From Anthoceros angustus (lineage: Eukaryota; Plantae; Anthocerotophyta): a stretch of 64,000 nt of DNA. A program made the translations under genes and the position numbers. Under the pieces are notes generated by a model. That model worked only from the letters and a program-made list of their open reading frames with translations, searched no databases and was not told the origin of the DNA. Below are positions 12,117 to 23,336 of this stretch, piece by piece. The first letter of the stretch is position 1. The number at the start of each line of letters is the position of its first letter. The stretch lies in assembly GCA_010909165.1 (NCBI GenBank), contig MU008158.1:1451478-1515477 (forward strand). The letters run 5' to 3'.

Positions 12117-13019
12117 ATGGCCACCACGGCTTCTGCGCCGGTTATGGTACTCATTGTCATCTTCTCTTTACTGTTTTCACCCAAAGCTATCGAGGCGGGA
12201 ACTGCCCGTGTCTTCGGAGATCCTCATTTTGTAGGTTGGGATGGTGTGAATTTCGACTTCACTGGCAAGCCGGGCTCCACTTACTGCATGATCTCTGACC
12301 CTAAAATTCAAATCAACATGCATTTGGAAGGCCGCGTCGATTTTGATGTGCCTCCGGGCCACAATGTCACCAGGACGTGGATCACATCAATTGGCCTTCT
12401 CTTCGGATATCACAGGATTGCCTTGTTTGCACGTCGGGGAGCAGACTTGAGTCACTCCACCAGTTTTCTTGAAAGGATTGATGCGGACGGGGAGACGATC
12501 CATGTGCCACTGGGGTCCACCTACATAGCCCCGAATGGAGAGTATGTCATCAGTTATGACAGCAGCGGTGAAGATGGCCTCTCACCTTACGACACTTACA
12601 CAGTAACTAGTAGGAGTCTGGCCAAGATGCGCCTGACTATCAGGCCTGAGATTCCTGATTTACGTCTCGCCTCCGATGCATTTGTCCACTTTGCTGTAGA
12701 GATGATCCAAGCTGGACTCTCGCCCTCCGTGCACGGGGTGTTGGGACAAACTCACATGAATGCCCGCGGCCGTAGCAACGACGGATCCTACAAGACAAAG
12801 TGGAATAACTTGCTGCTGGTGCAACAAGTGGATTCTCCTAACGGCGAGGGATATTTGGATGGAACTGCAAAGGATTATGAGGTTTCGGACCTGCTTCACT
12901 CTGACTGCCGCTTCTCCAGATTTGACGTGAATGCCGACTCTGAGCACGGCCAGCCAAGGGTCGAAGTGTCCTCCGGCTACGTCCGTAAGTATTTTAGGGG
13001 CCACGGGGAGTTTTCATGA
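12117..13019 (+). CDS. secreted root-cap/LEA-related protein (Root_cap-type, VWD-like GDPH domain)
   Basis: First ATG of the ORF at 12117, then a hydrophobic signal peptide. Motifs FGDPHFVGWDGVNFDFTG, CMISDPKIQINMH, TWITSIG, LSPSVHGVLGQT and DYEVSDLLHSDCRFSRF are typical of plant root cap proteins. Intronless, 300 aa. Confidence 0.88.
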   Translation: MATTASAPVMVLIVIFSLLFSPKAIEAGTARVFGDPHFVGWDGVNFDFTGKPGSTYCMISDPKIQINMHLEGRVDFDVPPGHNVTRTWITSIGLLFGYHRIALFARRGADLSHSTSFLERIDADGETIHVPLGSTYIAPNGEYVISYDSSGEDGLSPYDTYTVTSRSLAKMRLTIRPEIPDLRLASDAFVHFAVEMIQAGLSPSVHGVLGQTHMNARGRSNDGSYKTKWNNLLLVQQVDSPNGEGYLDGTAKDYEVSDLLHSDCRFSRFDVNADSEHGQPRVEVSSGYVRKYFRGHGEFS

Positions 13020-15557
13020 TGGAGGAAAGCCAGCTGCTGCGCAGCCAAGGATTGGAGAAGATAGAAGTTTTGCTGTTTGTGTTGTACATTGTAGGTCAGG
13101 TGACAAGTTTTCCTTTGGCTAAGAGTTCAGACTTCAAGCAGTTTTGCTGAGCCAGTCCTGGGGCTTTGATTCATTCAGCTGTAGCATAATCTGCGACACA
13201 GTGTCATGAGGTAATAGGGGGGGGAAACAAGTAGCTGTTGTGATCCTGCCTTTCGGATTGTACAGTAGAAGTACTAAGCCAACAAATTTATTTATTAGGT
13301 CCTCCCTTGTGAACGTTTCCATCAGCGACATTCTCAATGAGCACAACCGATGCACCCGATGTAAACTTGTAACACTGGTAATCAGTCGCTGTTCGGAAGT
13401 ATTGTGTCAATGATTGCACAGGAGGAGGTTGTTGTGACCACCAAAGGTGCGCCGTCCGGAGGATCCAGGCAGCTGCACACTTCCTCCGTGGCTCCATAAT
13501 TTCTTTATCGCGTTTCTCCATCGTCCAAGCCTAGGGTAGGCGGCTTGATTGCCGTGGCGGCTGTCGCGGTGAGGCTCGCTCGCCACCCCGCTGTGCGGCT
13601 GATGAGGTTCTATCGCCGATGAGACCCCCCCCTCCGGTTCCGGTGTCGATGCTCATCATCCAGCCCAAGCCATAGCTCCCCGGCAATGCCCAAATCAGCC
13701 CCATACTCCCGTACCCTAAGCCACGATGCCCTCATGGTCCTCGGCTGGAACCCTTTTTGTTATTTTACATTCTTGCAACCCTGAAATGCTGGCGGGCTTT
13801 CTTGAGCCCTCGCCAGCTTACCAGCCTACCAGCCTTCGCTTTATCGTTGCCCGCTGCCGGTGACGCGTGGCCAATGGATGCATTGGTAGTAAGAAAGTGA
13901 AGTGAATGGCTGGCTTATCCCATACACATGACATGGGTTAAGGTGGGGCCCACCAACCTCGCCCAGTCTACTCTGGTGAGCACTGATGCCGAGCTCGCAG
14001 GCTATCAAACGAATGCAGACGCACACTCCATGACTCTGATGACTCTATGCGGATTTTGTTCCGACACAACATACTGTATGTAGCTATGTACGTGGTTGTC
14101 GCGGATGCGTACCTGTTTGCTTATTGCGGGCACGAGAGGGGCTGTGTGGAGGTCATGGGCATGACATGCCACGCGGTCGCCTGAAGCGGTTATCGCTTCC
14201 AGGATTGAGACACAGGAGGCTCCTGGTGCTGGTGCAGCAAAGCGCACGTCAGTCATATCGCAGGATATGGTGCGCGGCCTTACCTGATGATACCAAGTTG
14301 GGAAGTGGGGCGGCTCGACTCGGACTCGGAGCTCGGGCGGCTCAAGCAAATTCGTGCATGGAATGGAATGTGCTCTGATTGCATGGCTATTCCCATAGCC
14401 AGCAGGGTATGGAGGAGCTGGGTCCAGGCATGGGCATGTGTGGGCACTCGGGTGCGCGCTGGAGAAGGGCATGTGAAGCGTTCTCACGTGTTGTCATGAT
14501 TTTCGTCCCCCTTCAAGCGTACGTTGAGTGAATCCTGGCTGTGCAATTACTTGCCAAAGAACCTTCTTGGATGCTTTAAGAAACTGGGAGAAGCTTCTTC
14601 CAAACATGTCACAAGTGTTTCGGTTGGTGGCTCCATCACCATCAGCGCCGCTCTTCAGATTCACCGGGGCATGCCTGGTGCTGGTTTTGATTGTGCTACA
14701 TTATTGTGGCTATGGAGTTGAGGTTTTTTGACCCCGTGGTGCTGTAATTATATTCCAGTCCAAAGAACCTCGTAACTCAGGGTGGCAGTTATTCTGGAAC
14801 AATGCCGATTGGTGCCCAGTTCGAAGAACTCCAGCTCTCTGGAGTCCGGTGGGGGATAAGGAATTCTCCATTTCCCTCAGCTTCCAGCTCTCTGCTCCGG
14901 TGCAAAGAGGAAAGTGGGGACAACCGATTAGGTGAACTGTGTTAATTGCGTGAGCTACGAGTACCATGGCCGTCCTTTCTCCGAACAAGGAAGGACGAAA
15001 GCAGACTACGGCCCCTTGGCAATAGTCTCGATCAGCAATCCTGTCCATTCAGAATCCGGTGTGATCAACTAGGTTTGCGTATCCCTCACTTCAATTTCAA
15101 CGAGCTAATGAGGTCCTCTTTGAAGAAATTGTTGAGGTCGGTCACAATCAGGTACAACCTGTGTGCATGATTAGGAGGCTGCATCACTGAGTCATAGACG
15201 GAAGTAGTTTTCTCAACAATACCTTCATTCCATGTTGCACATCCGGCTGGCCGCATGGTCCTATGGATGAAGTGCTGGTCTGCGAAACCAGAGATTCTGG
15301 GTCCGATACCCAGTCTAGTCGGAGGAATAGAAAGTAGAGTTGAAACACAACTTTGCTTCCTTCCTTGTTCTCGGACTGCCAACGACTCAGGTTCACTGGA
15401 GTTGCGAGAGGGTGTCACACTCTTAGCGTGACACTCGAGTGTAATACCAATGGCTAAAGAGTTTGGGGCAGACGTACATGGGCAACGATGTTGGTACTCG
15501 TCCTGTCAATTTGAATAGGAACAAGTCCGCTTAGATCACGGCAAGTCCAAGGGAGGT

Positions 15558-15564
15558 TATATAA
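15558..15564 (+). promoter_or_regulatory. candidate TATA box of the Gnk2-like gene
   Basis: TATATAA about 190 nt upstream of the ATG, followed by a pyrimidine-rich initiator-like tract. Confidence 0.5.
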
Positions 15565-15618
15565 GCCCTTGTCCTTCTTTGGTCTCTTACCTGAATCTGC
15601 CTCCGATCACAAGCCAGC

Positions 15619-15713
15619 GTACGTGATTTCTACTAGTAATGCCTTCTTTGAATGTGTCTTCGGAGCGCATGTTACCAGTTGTATCACTGACTATCCTGGA
15701 TTGAGAACTGCAG
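15619..15713 (+). other. probable 5'-UTR intron of the Gnk2-like gene
   Basis: GTACGT donor, CACTGAC branch point at ~15685 and CTGCAG acceptor; 95 bp. Confidence 0.5.
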
Positions 15714-15754
15714 ATCCTACTGGAGCATAAACGTACCTCGTCTCGTCATCAAGA

Positions 15755-16177
15755 ATGGCATCTGCAAAACTCGCCATGAGCGGCATGAACATCCTGCTTT
15801 TCGTTGCGGCTATACTAGTACTGCTCAGTCCCAACCTCCTTTCCGCAGCCAATGCGCAGAACACCCAACTGGTGTCCGTGGGATGCAATACCGAGAAAAT
15901 TCCTGCCGAAAGTTCTCTGTGGAGCAACGTGGGAAGCGTGCTGGCAGACCTGGAGAAGAACACTGCCAACAACGGCTACTCCTACAAAGCACAAAAGTCT
16001 GGAGGAGACTCCACCGCCTACGGCGAGGCCACATGCAATCAAAAGCTCTCCAAGGATAAGTGCACTGCCTGCCTCACTGACATTGGTGACAAAATCTGGG
16101 GCATTTGCGGCAGCACCATCGGAGCCAGAGTGTACTATGTCGACTGCTACTTGCGCTACGAAGAATACCGGTTCTAG
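15755..16177 (+). CDS. ginkbilobin-2-like secreted antifungal protein (single DUF26/Gnk2 domain)
   Basis: Signal peptide plus NTQLVSVGCNTEKIP...LADLEKNTA...AYGEATC-x8-C-x2-C...IGARV...DCYLRYE, closely parallel to Gnk2. Intact, 140 aa. Confidence 0.95.
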   Translation: MASAKLAMSGMNILLFVAAILVLLSPNLLSAANAQNTQLVSVGCNTEKIPAESSLWSNVGSVLADLEKNTANNGYSYKAQKSGGDSTAYGEATCNQKLSKDKCTACLTDIGDKIWGICGSTIGARVYYVDCYLRYEEYRF

Positions 16178-17404
16178 AAAGAGAATGACATGATGCCTAT
16201 CACGTACACACATCATAATACCCTATTCTGGAATGGATTATCATTTGTTGTTGTTGTTGTTGTTGTAGCTAGGAACTTCATGTCTAAGCAACCCCCGGAC
16301 GAATCACTATTAGGATGGGGTATCTTCCACCCCCATTATCCTAGTCCTTGCTGGCCTCCCTTTAAACTTCACTACTGGCAGGAGGTTTCTTTCATCCCAT
16401 TACCCTGTGATCTTTGGTACCGTACCCCGAGGAGTGCTTCAACAGGATAATGCCGAAATAATTATTTTTTTGAAAAAATAAGGTTCAATATATATATTTA
16501 TATTTATATTTTTCAAATTTTCAACATTTACTAAAACTAAATTTATTAAATTTCAAAATTTATTCAAATACTTAGGTATATATATATAACTAATGAATAC
16601 GTATAGACCTCCCCTAAACAGGTCCTAATTTTCCATATAAACCCTAGTTTCTTTGTTTTCGGCATCTTAAACTCATAAATTTTTATATATTCAATATTTT
16701 AAGCATAATAATTTCCAGATTTTCAACTTTTACTAATTTTAATTAATTAATTCCGAATCACCCCTCAGGGTACGGTAGTCAGATTCTATTGATCAGCTTC
16801 TATTCCAAAGCCTGGGGCCGCTTGATATATGTTCTACTTAATTGTTATGTATTTACTTAATCATAACAACAATAATTTTAGTTACGTTCACCCTTCGGGG
16901 CCATCTGATATATGATCTAAGAGTGAAAAAAAATTACTATAAATAAAAATAATATATAAAATAGATTAAATTTTGAGAAAGAAAGCATCATCTCAATCTT
17001 ACATAGAAGCTTTGTGATGTGCGTGGCCAAAATGGCACTCGATTCCCCTAGTATATTTGGCGACCCAAAATTGTACAATTAGATCAACAAAAAAATTATT
17101 ATAATGTACAGGAAAATTTATTATAATTCACAGGAATGGAGTTTTTATGGGACTTGATACTTAACAACTTGCACAATCATGTGCCTAAGCCCCTAGCATC
17201 AAGGGCATCCACTCCCTCTAAGCCCCATCTGAGTAGATACCCCGTCTAAGTACCGATCCAAACGCAGGGTGCTTAACAGCCAAGTTCTTATAAATGTGTC
17301 CCATTTGGCGTAAGTATAGATACGTGATACATGAGAGGGTGGTGGTGCTTGATGCTCTAGTGAAGTGTGCCAGCTGATGTGACCCTCGCAGGCCTCCAGG
17401 ATAT

Positions 17405-19604
17405 CTTATCAGTAGTCTTTGTATGGAAACCGTTTTGGTCACGCGGCTTCGTGTGTGTGACTTTGTTTTTTTGGGTGTACTCTACGGAAATATGCCAGCA
17501 TGTTTAAGATTCATACGTATAATATGTGCTATGGCAGCTTCGTAGTTTCCAGGGCAAAAACTTTGTATGACACACTTTTCGCCTGGTGTTTATCGAATAC
17601 CGTTCTGGTCATCGTTTTTTCCTCTGCATCAGACCAGATGGGTTGGCACTCTGACGGACTATGTATTCCTGCTCATATCTCCCTTCATACGCATCTGTGT
17701 GCTCGGTCCGATACCAATGGATAAGAAAGTGAGGTCGTGGTGCATCTAGCCTTGCGTCAATGACCTCCCCAATCCAGAATGGGCTGTTATGCGTGTCTGT
17801 AGTGCACGGCACTGCCATAAACATCCCCTTCTGGATTTCCATTATGTCCGCATTCACCCGCGCCATTCCCGCTGTTGCCTTCCGGCATTTTGATATGCCC
17901 CCAAGTACACATCACGTTGTGGGAGGTCCCTTAATAATGCCTCATCCAATAAAGCTTCATCCGGCACTTGAAGTGGTCAGGTTGTATGATCCACTTCTGC
18001 ACGTGAAAACCACTTCCAATGACGCTCTAGCACTAGCCCGATGTTATTCTCCACAATGACAGCAATCTCCTTCTGGTCCACCCAAAAGGCTTCCGACCAC
18101 TTGTACTCTTTAGCAGCATATCAAAATGCCGGAAGGCAACAGCGGGAATGGTGCAGATGAATGGGGACATAACGGAAATCCGGAAGGGGATGTTTATGGC
18201 AGTGCCGTGCACTACGGACACACACAACAGGCCATTCTGGATTGGGGAGGTCATTGACGCGAAGCTAGATGCACCACGACCTCACTTTCTTATCCATTGG
18301 TATCGGACTGAGCACACATGCGTACGAAGGGAGATATATGCAGGAATACATAGTCCGTCAGAGTGCCAACCCATCTGGTTTGATGCTGAGGAAAAAAGGG
18401 AATAAGGTCCATCACCCAAAAAACATACAGGAGGTGTTTGTGAATGAAACAATCATCCTGTATTATGGGTTTGTGTTGAATGCACGGAAACATTTGTATG
18501 ATGGGCCCTAAAACAGCATTTAGTAGTCATTCCAGAAAACATCTTCGAAAAAAAGGGTGTCATCCAGTAAATTTACTACTTTCCAACCAGCAATGTTTCT
18601 GTTGAATAGTGGTCGCAAACTTGAACCTATGGGATTAATGCAAAGTGGGACCTGTAAGGAAGGCCGTTTCTGCCAGGAAGGGACGACCGTAAATTTAGTT
18701 TTGGAAGGAAAATATAGTTTACTAAGGACACAACAAAAGCCACGGACAGGCTATTTCCAAGACACGGTAACATCTGGAACCGGACGTACAACATTCACTC
18801 TGGGACCCCGGAACAAACCGTGATTTGAGTTTCACTCATCCCCAGAGTTCAATCCTTCGTCATCATTTGATCCAGCTTCTCCAGCATTGTCATCACTATC
18901 TTCAACAACAATTTAACTCACAGGCTGTATGAAGCCATGCAACTCGCAGAGCTTATCCCTTATCGCTTTTTTGTCCAAACCCCCTTCAGAGGTTATTTAC
19001 GGAAAACCCCCATCGAGATTATTCACCCCCTTCAAAAATTATGGTATTCTTCAGGAGGCACATACACATACTTTGATAGCATCACAATCACTCTGGGACA
19101 AACATTTCACAGTCACAGTCCAGCAGTGCACAATTTTTTCATACAAAGTTCTAAAACTACGTCATACAAAGTTTTTGCCCCAGCAGTGCACAATTTTTTC
19201 ATGCAGCATCGTGTGTTTGACTTTGTATATAATACATGTATAATATGTGCCATCAATACCAAGCGAAATGTGTGTCATACAAAGTTTTTGCCCTTTGTAA
19301 GAAACTACAAAGCTCACATGGCACATATTATATGTATATTATATGCATGAATCTTAAATATGTATGACGTTGTATATAATACATGTATAATATGTGCCAT
19401 CAACACCAAGCGAAAAGTGTATCATACAAAATTTTTGCCCTTTGTAAGAAACTACAAAGCTGACATGGCACATATTATATGTATATTATATGCATGAATC
19501 TTAAACATGCTGGCATATTTCCGTAGAGTACACCCAAAAAAAACAAAGTCACACACACGAAGCCGCGTGACCAGAACGGTTTCCACACAAAGACTACTGA
19601 TAAG
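17405..19604. mobile_element. foldback made of two head-to-head 3' ends of a DNA-transposon-like element
   Basis: 17405-~17592 is the inverse of ~19400-19604, and 17612-17898 is the inverse of 18116-18398. Both arms encode ...GMFMAVPC...PFWIGEV...IHWYRT.... Confidence 0.75.
19223..19505. repeat. ~147-bp tandem duplication inside the foldback right arm
   Basis: ttgtatataatacatgtataatatgtgccatcaa(t/c)accaagcgaaa at ~19223 and ~19370. Confidence 0.85.
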
Positions 19605-19684
19605 GCGTTAAAATTTTGCAACACCTGACAACACCCACACCTATGTACATACATAAATGGCTTGCTAGAACAAGCAAGCTACGC

Positions 19685-20293
19685 CTAGGCAGCTGCAGCT
19701 GTAGCGGTGACGTCGTAGCCAGTGCCGAGATTCACAAAGGTCCAGTCTCCCGGGATGTAGCCGTCCGCCTGGAAATTCAGATAGTTGAGCTTGTACACGG
19801 GCTCGGAGAATAGGCTAACGGACTCGTACAAAAGCCAAGCGGCCAACGGGTATCCAGACACGTCCTGAGCAGCGAAGCCGTCGTCCTCGTAGACGAGCAC
19901 TACTCCCGTGGCAATGTTTCTGATCGCAAAGGCGTTCAGGTACTGGGGTAGAAGAGGAGCGAATCCTTCAACTGACTCCCATATGGTGCTTAGGATGCCC
20001 ACCAAGGTGGGGTTTGACGTCTTCTTCACTTCCAGCCCGACCGAGTACAGATAGAGTCCACCTGCGTTCAACTTGAGCTGGAACCTGGTTCCTATAGGCA
20101 CTTTGTAGGGGAGGTAAACAGCACCATTGAGCTGGGTGCTAGTTTCAGTCGCAAGATTGGCAGCAGCAACAGCAGCATGCTGGCCATGGCCGGTCACGGC
20201 ATCCATATCCAGGTGGCGTGCATCGACCTGGGTGAAGGCCACGCACAAGGCCACTGCCAACTGGAGCACAATGAATAACACGCGGCTGGCCAT
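19685..20293 (-). CDS. secreted protein of unknown family, putative beta-trefoil (ricin-B-like) lectin; paralog A
   Basis: ATG at 20293, 202 aa, intronless and GC3-rich. Signal peptide MASRVLFIVLQLAVALCVAFTQVDA, an Ala-rich linker and a Cys-free beta-rich domain. TATA-like CATATAAG at ~20393-20400 is conserved in the paralog. The fold call is inference. Confidence 0.8.
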   Translation of the reverse strand: MASRVLFIVLQLAVALCVAFTQVDARHLDMDAVTGHGQHAAVAAANLATETSTQLNGAVYLPYKVPIGTRFQLKLNAGGLYLYSVGLEVKKTSNPTLVGILSTIWESVEGFAPLLPQYLNAFAIRNIATGVVLVYEDDGFAAQDVSGYPLAAWLLYESVSLFSEPVYKLNYLNFQADGYIPGDWTFVNLGTGYDVTATAAAA

Positions 20294-22060
20294 GGGGAAC
20301 ACTCGGCACTCGGTCTTCAAGGCTGGACAAATGCTATCGCCAGAAGGACTCCTGACTGGAAGCGGAGTGCCACACTGCTCGCTCTTCGTCGGCTTATATG
20401 CACCAAGACGCTTGCATGAACCTGTAAAACGCTACCAAGTCGATGACGTGGTCGCAATTCCAAGAGCAAATGTTTGTTGGGCACGTGGAAGTGGCCGTAG
20501 GATTTGTGCACCACCTTTTTGCAGGGTGTTTTGTCACTACGGCTGCATTATTTGAAGGCTGGTACGATCGATAGCTCAGTACAGCGGATGCAGGTACCCA
20601 CCTGGAAAGCAGGAGGGGACTGCAGACCAGCAGTAGTTTTCTTCTTTCCAGACTGTGAATTACCTGCTACTACATGGATGGAGTGTGTTCATCAGCGATG
20701 AGAGCAAGAGCTCCTTTCAGTACTCACTAGGATTGAGGGCTTGTGGAAAAGCACTGAATGCAGCATAAGCCTATGTAGGCACAGCCAAGTGTCATGGGGT
20801 GAAGAAAAACCCACATGAACATGAGGTGCCGGATGTGTAAACTCTGCGCGCTATACCCTGCTATGTTGTGAGGGACGGTGAACAGAAAGGTGCACTGCAT
20901 GTGGACACGCCGAGAAACTCGTGACATGTGGCGTATTACGTCTTTAGATTACATATTTACTCTGTATGGCTCACCTAGCCCCAAACAGCGAGAGACACCA
21001 GTCTTCGACATTTGCATCCAGTGCACCGCTGTGCTCATCTGGAAGGTCATTGATGCGCATATTCACAAGCGAGGATGTAATATACAGGAAAACATAGCTG
21101 ACACAGGAAGCCAGCCTGGCGTCTGGGATAAATGCGCGCCTTATCAGTGCCTCCACTGTACAATCCGAAAGGCACATTCACAACAGCTACTCGGTCGCAC
21201 TCCCTATTACCTCCACAAAGTTACTTGTTATGCTACAATTGAATAAATCAACGCCCCGCTGTGCAAAAATGTCACCTGACCTACAAAATGCAACACAAAC
21301 AGCAAACCTTGTATCTTTTCAAATCCCTGGCAGCACAGCAGCTGGCTTTCCTGCATCAAAAAACCTCCCAGTGGCCCCTAAATACTTACGGACGTAGCCG
21401 GAGGAGTTCTCTCTGAGCAAGCTTGACAAACATGCTCTTTGAGCTATTTCCAAGCTGCCGCACTTTGCATATGCTGCAAACATGACATTGCACGTCACCA
21501 GGTTTTTTTTACCAAGACCGTCAAACACTCTGTGAGCCTGTTCCAAGCTACCACACTTTGCATAGATGTCTACCAAGCTACAGCCTAAAAGAACATCTAC
21601 CTGAAGTCGTGGTTCTCTAACCTGAACAAGCCGCTGTTTCCCCCCTCCAAAGTTGCGGTGCCCACACTTGCGCATGCCTGCAGAAGAGACACAAATGTCA
21701 CAGAATCGGGTACCGCGATGCCGTCTTTTTCCACAGCACATTTTGCATTCAAGTTCACCAATTGCAAACTGTTGGCTGTAAACACATCAGCTTCATGTCC
21801 TCGTTCTCTAATCTATCCATGAACCTGCTTGCCCTTCTCCAAAGCAGGGGCTCCCACACTGGCACAAGCCTCAAGAGGCACAAAAACGCCACTGAATCAG
21901 GTGAAGCCAGGCCTCCTTTTTGCAAAGCACACTATACAGCCGAAGGGGTTGCTGCCCTATGCCCTGCTAAAAACACCCTGCTATCAAAGCATTTCACGAC
22001 ACCACATCCTTTTGACTAAGACTGTGAAACACTCGCTCAGCGTCTTCCAAGCCACCACAC
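19685..22060. repeat. segmental duplication unit 1 (~2.4 kb; copy 2 at 23337-25703, with its continuation inverted at 33360-33861)
   Basis: Co-linear homology of gene, upstream region and PPR pseudogene; roughly 90% identity in the non-coding/PPR parts by eye. Confidence 0.92.
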
Positions 22061-22160
22061 ACCGTGCATACACGTCCCAAGCAAATTCCACACAAGCCAA
22101 TGAGGCTCAGCGCCACTGGCCAACACATCAGCATGCACCTGCTGCCCAGTTTGCAAAAGT
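21415..22160 (-). pseudogene. PLS-class PPR pseudogene, copy 1
   Basis: PDSVTFVSLLQACASVG, LGCSLVDIYAKCGSLEQAHRVFDGLGKKNLVTCNVMFAAYAKCGSLE; frameshifted. Confidence 0.9.
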
Positions 22161-22164
22161 CCCT

Positions 22165-22830
22165 CCTATAAGATTAGAGGCGATGGCTAGGATGCAAGAG
22201 ATGTGAGAAGTGGATGACAAGCAATTAGGATTATGTTCAAGGGGCCTAAATATCCCCATATCAAGGGGTGTGACCCTTGGGCTTTGTCCCCTAAGTATCT
22301 GGCTGACATTGTAATTCCGATACTCCCCTAATTCCCATACTCCCCCTCATACTAGATACCTGGTTTAACTATCTTGACCATGCCCGCCTAACAAAGCAAC
22401 GCATATCATGTGCTTGTCTCTTGGTAGACTCTTGGTCAAGATATCAGCTCCTATAACTTCCGTAGGGCAATATTCCAGTCGTATCTCCCTTGGGCACTTT
22501 TCTCACAGTGATACTGAAGATTTATGTGTTTGGACTGTGAGCTATACTTGGGGTTACCGGCTAGGGCGAGAGCAAACTGGTTATCTATCTTGATGATGAT
22601 GGGCTTCTGCTGCTTCATACTAAGTTCATCTAGGAGCATAATGCAATCCACTACTCGCTTCATGGCGAGTGTAGCTGCCATCTACGTACTCAGACTCAGT
22701 GGAAGAGAGTGCAATGGCTGTCTGCCGCTTGGATCCTAATTAATAACGGCGTCACATAACATCAAGGCAAATCCTGATGTGGATTTCCTGGAGTCCACAC
22801 CTCCCCCAAATTACGGTCGGTGTAGGCTGA
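22165..22830 (-). mobile_element. old copia remnant: RNase H end, PPT and 3' LTR
   Basis: IKIDNQFALALAGNPKYSSQSKHINLQYH...ADILTKSLP, then PPT ATGAGGGGGAG and a ~135-bp LTR-like segment. Homolog at 33360-33750. Confidence 0.8.
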
Positions 22831-22867
22831 AAGTTGAGGAAAGGAGGGAGCAGAATTTGAGGTGCTT

Positions 22868-23056
22868 TGTGGAAGCGTTTGATCAAAGTTTAGTGCTTTA
22901 CTAATTGATACAATTAATTACAAAAGGTGGGCTTTTATAACCTGTGTATGAAGAGTTGTACCTCTTTAGTACAAGATACCAAAGGGCATAACCACGTTGG
23001 GTTAAGCTAAGCTAACCATAACCAACGTGGTCTGTACTTCTAACTCTCCCTCTCAA
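22868..23056 (-). mobile_element. probable copia 3' LTR with PPT (fragment)
   Basis: AT-rich LTR-like segment ending ttctaa next to ctctccctctcaa (purine tract on minus). Confidence 0.4.
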
Positions 23057-23248
23057 ACTAGTTGGATTATCTAAATCAAAGAACTAATACTGGCGTATTG
23101 TATAAGCACTATGGTCTTCAACTAAACTCAACTCACCGATCGTCACCGATGGCAAGTAAGATTGAAGCAAGTGGTCTACAATAGCTGTTAACTTCAAATA
23201 AGTTCTGAGATAAGATGCGCCTCACCAAATGTGTAACTGGTCCAGCTG

Positions 23249-23311
23249 CAAAAAGCTGCTACAATCAACTAATCCAAGCCAAAAAGCTGCTACAATCAAC
23301 TAATCCAAGCC
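23249..23311. repeat. 31-bp tandem duplication 3' of paralog B
   Basis: aaaaagctgctacaatcaactaatccaagcc x2. Confidence 0.85.
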
Positions 23312-23336
23312 CTGCTGTACGCAGCAGCCAATAAAG

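Noticed and set aside
13130-15430. LINE/gypsy-like remnants, including a gggtgtcaca LTR-like end at 15419
   Set aside because: No diagnostic domain, paired LTR or TSD could be established.
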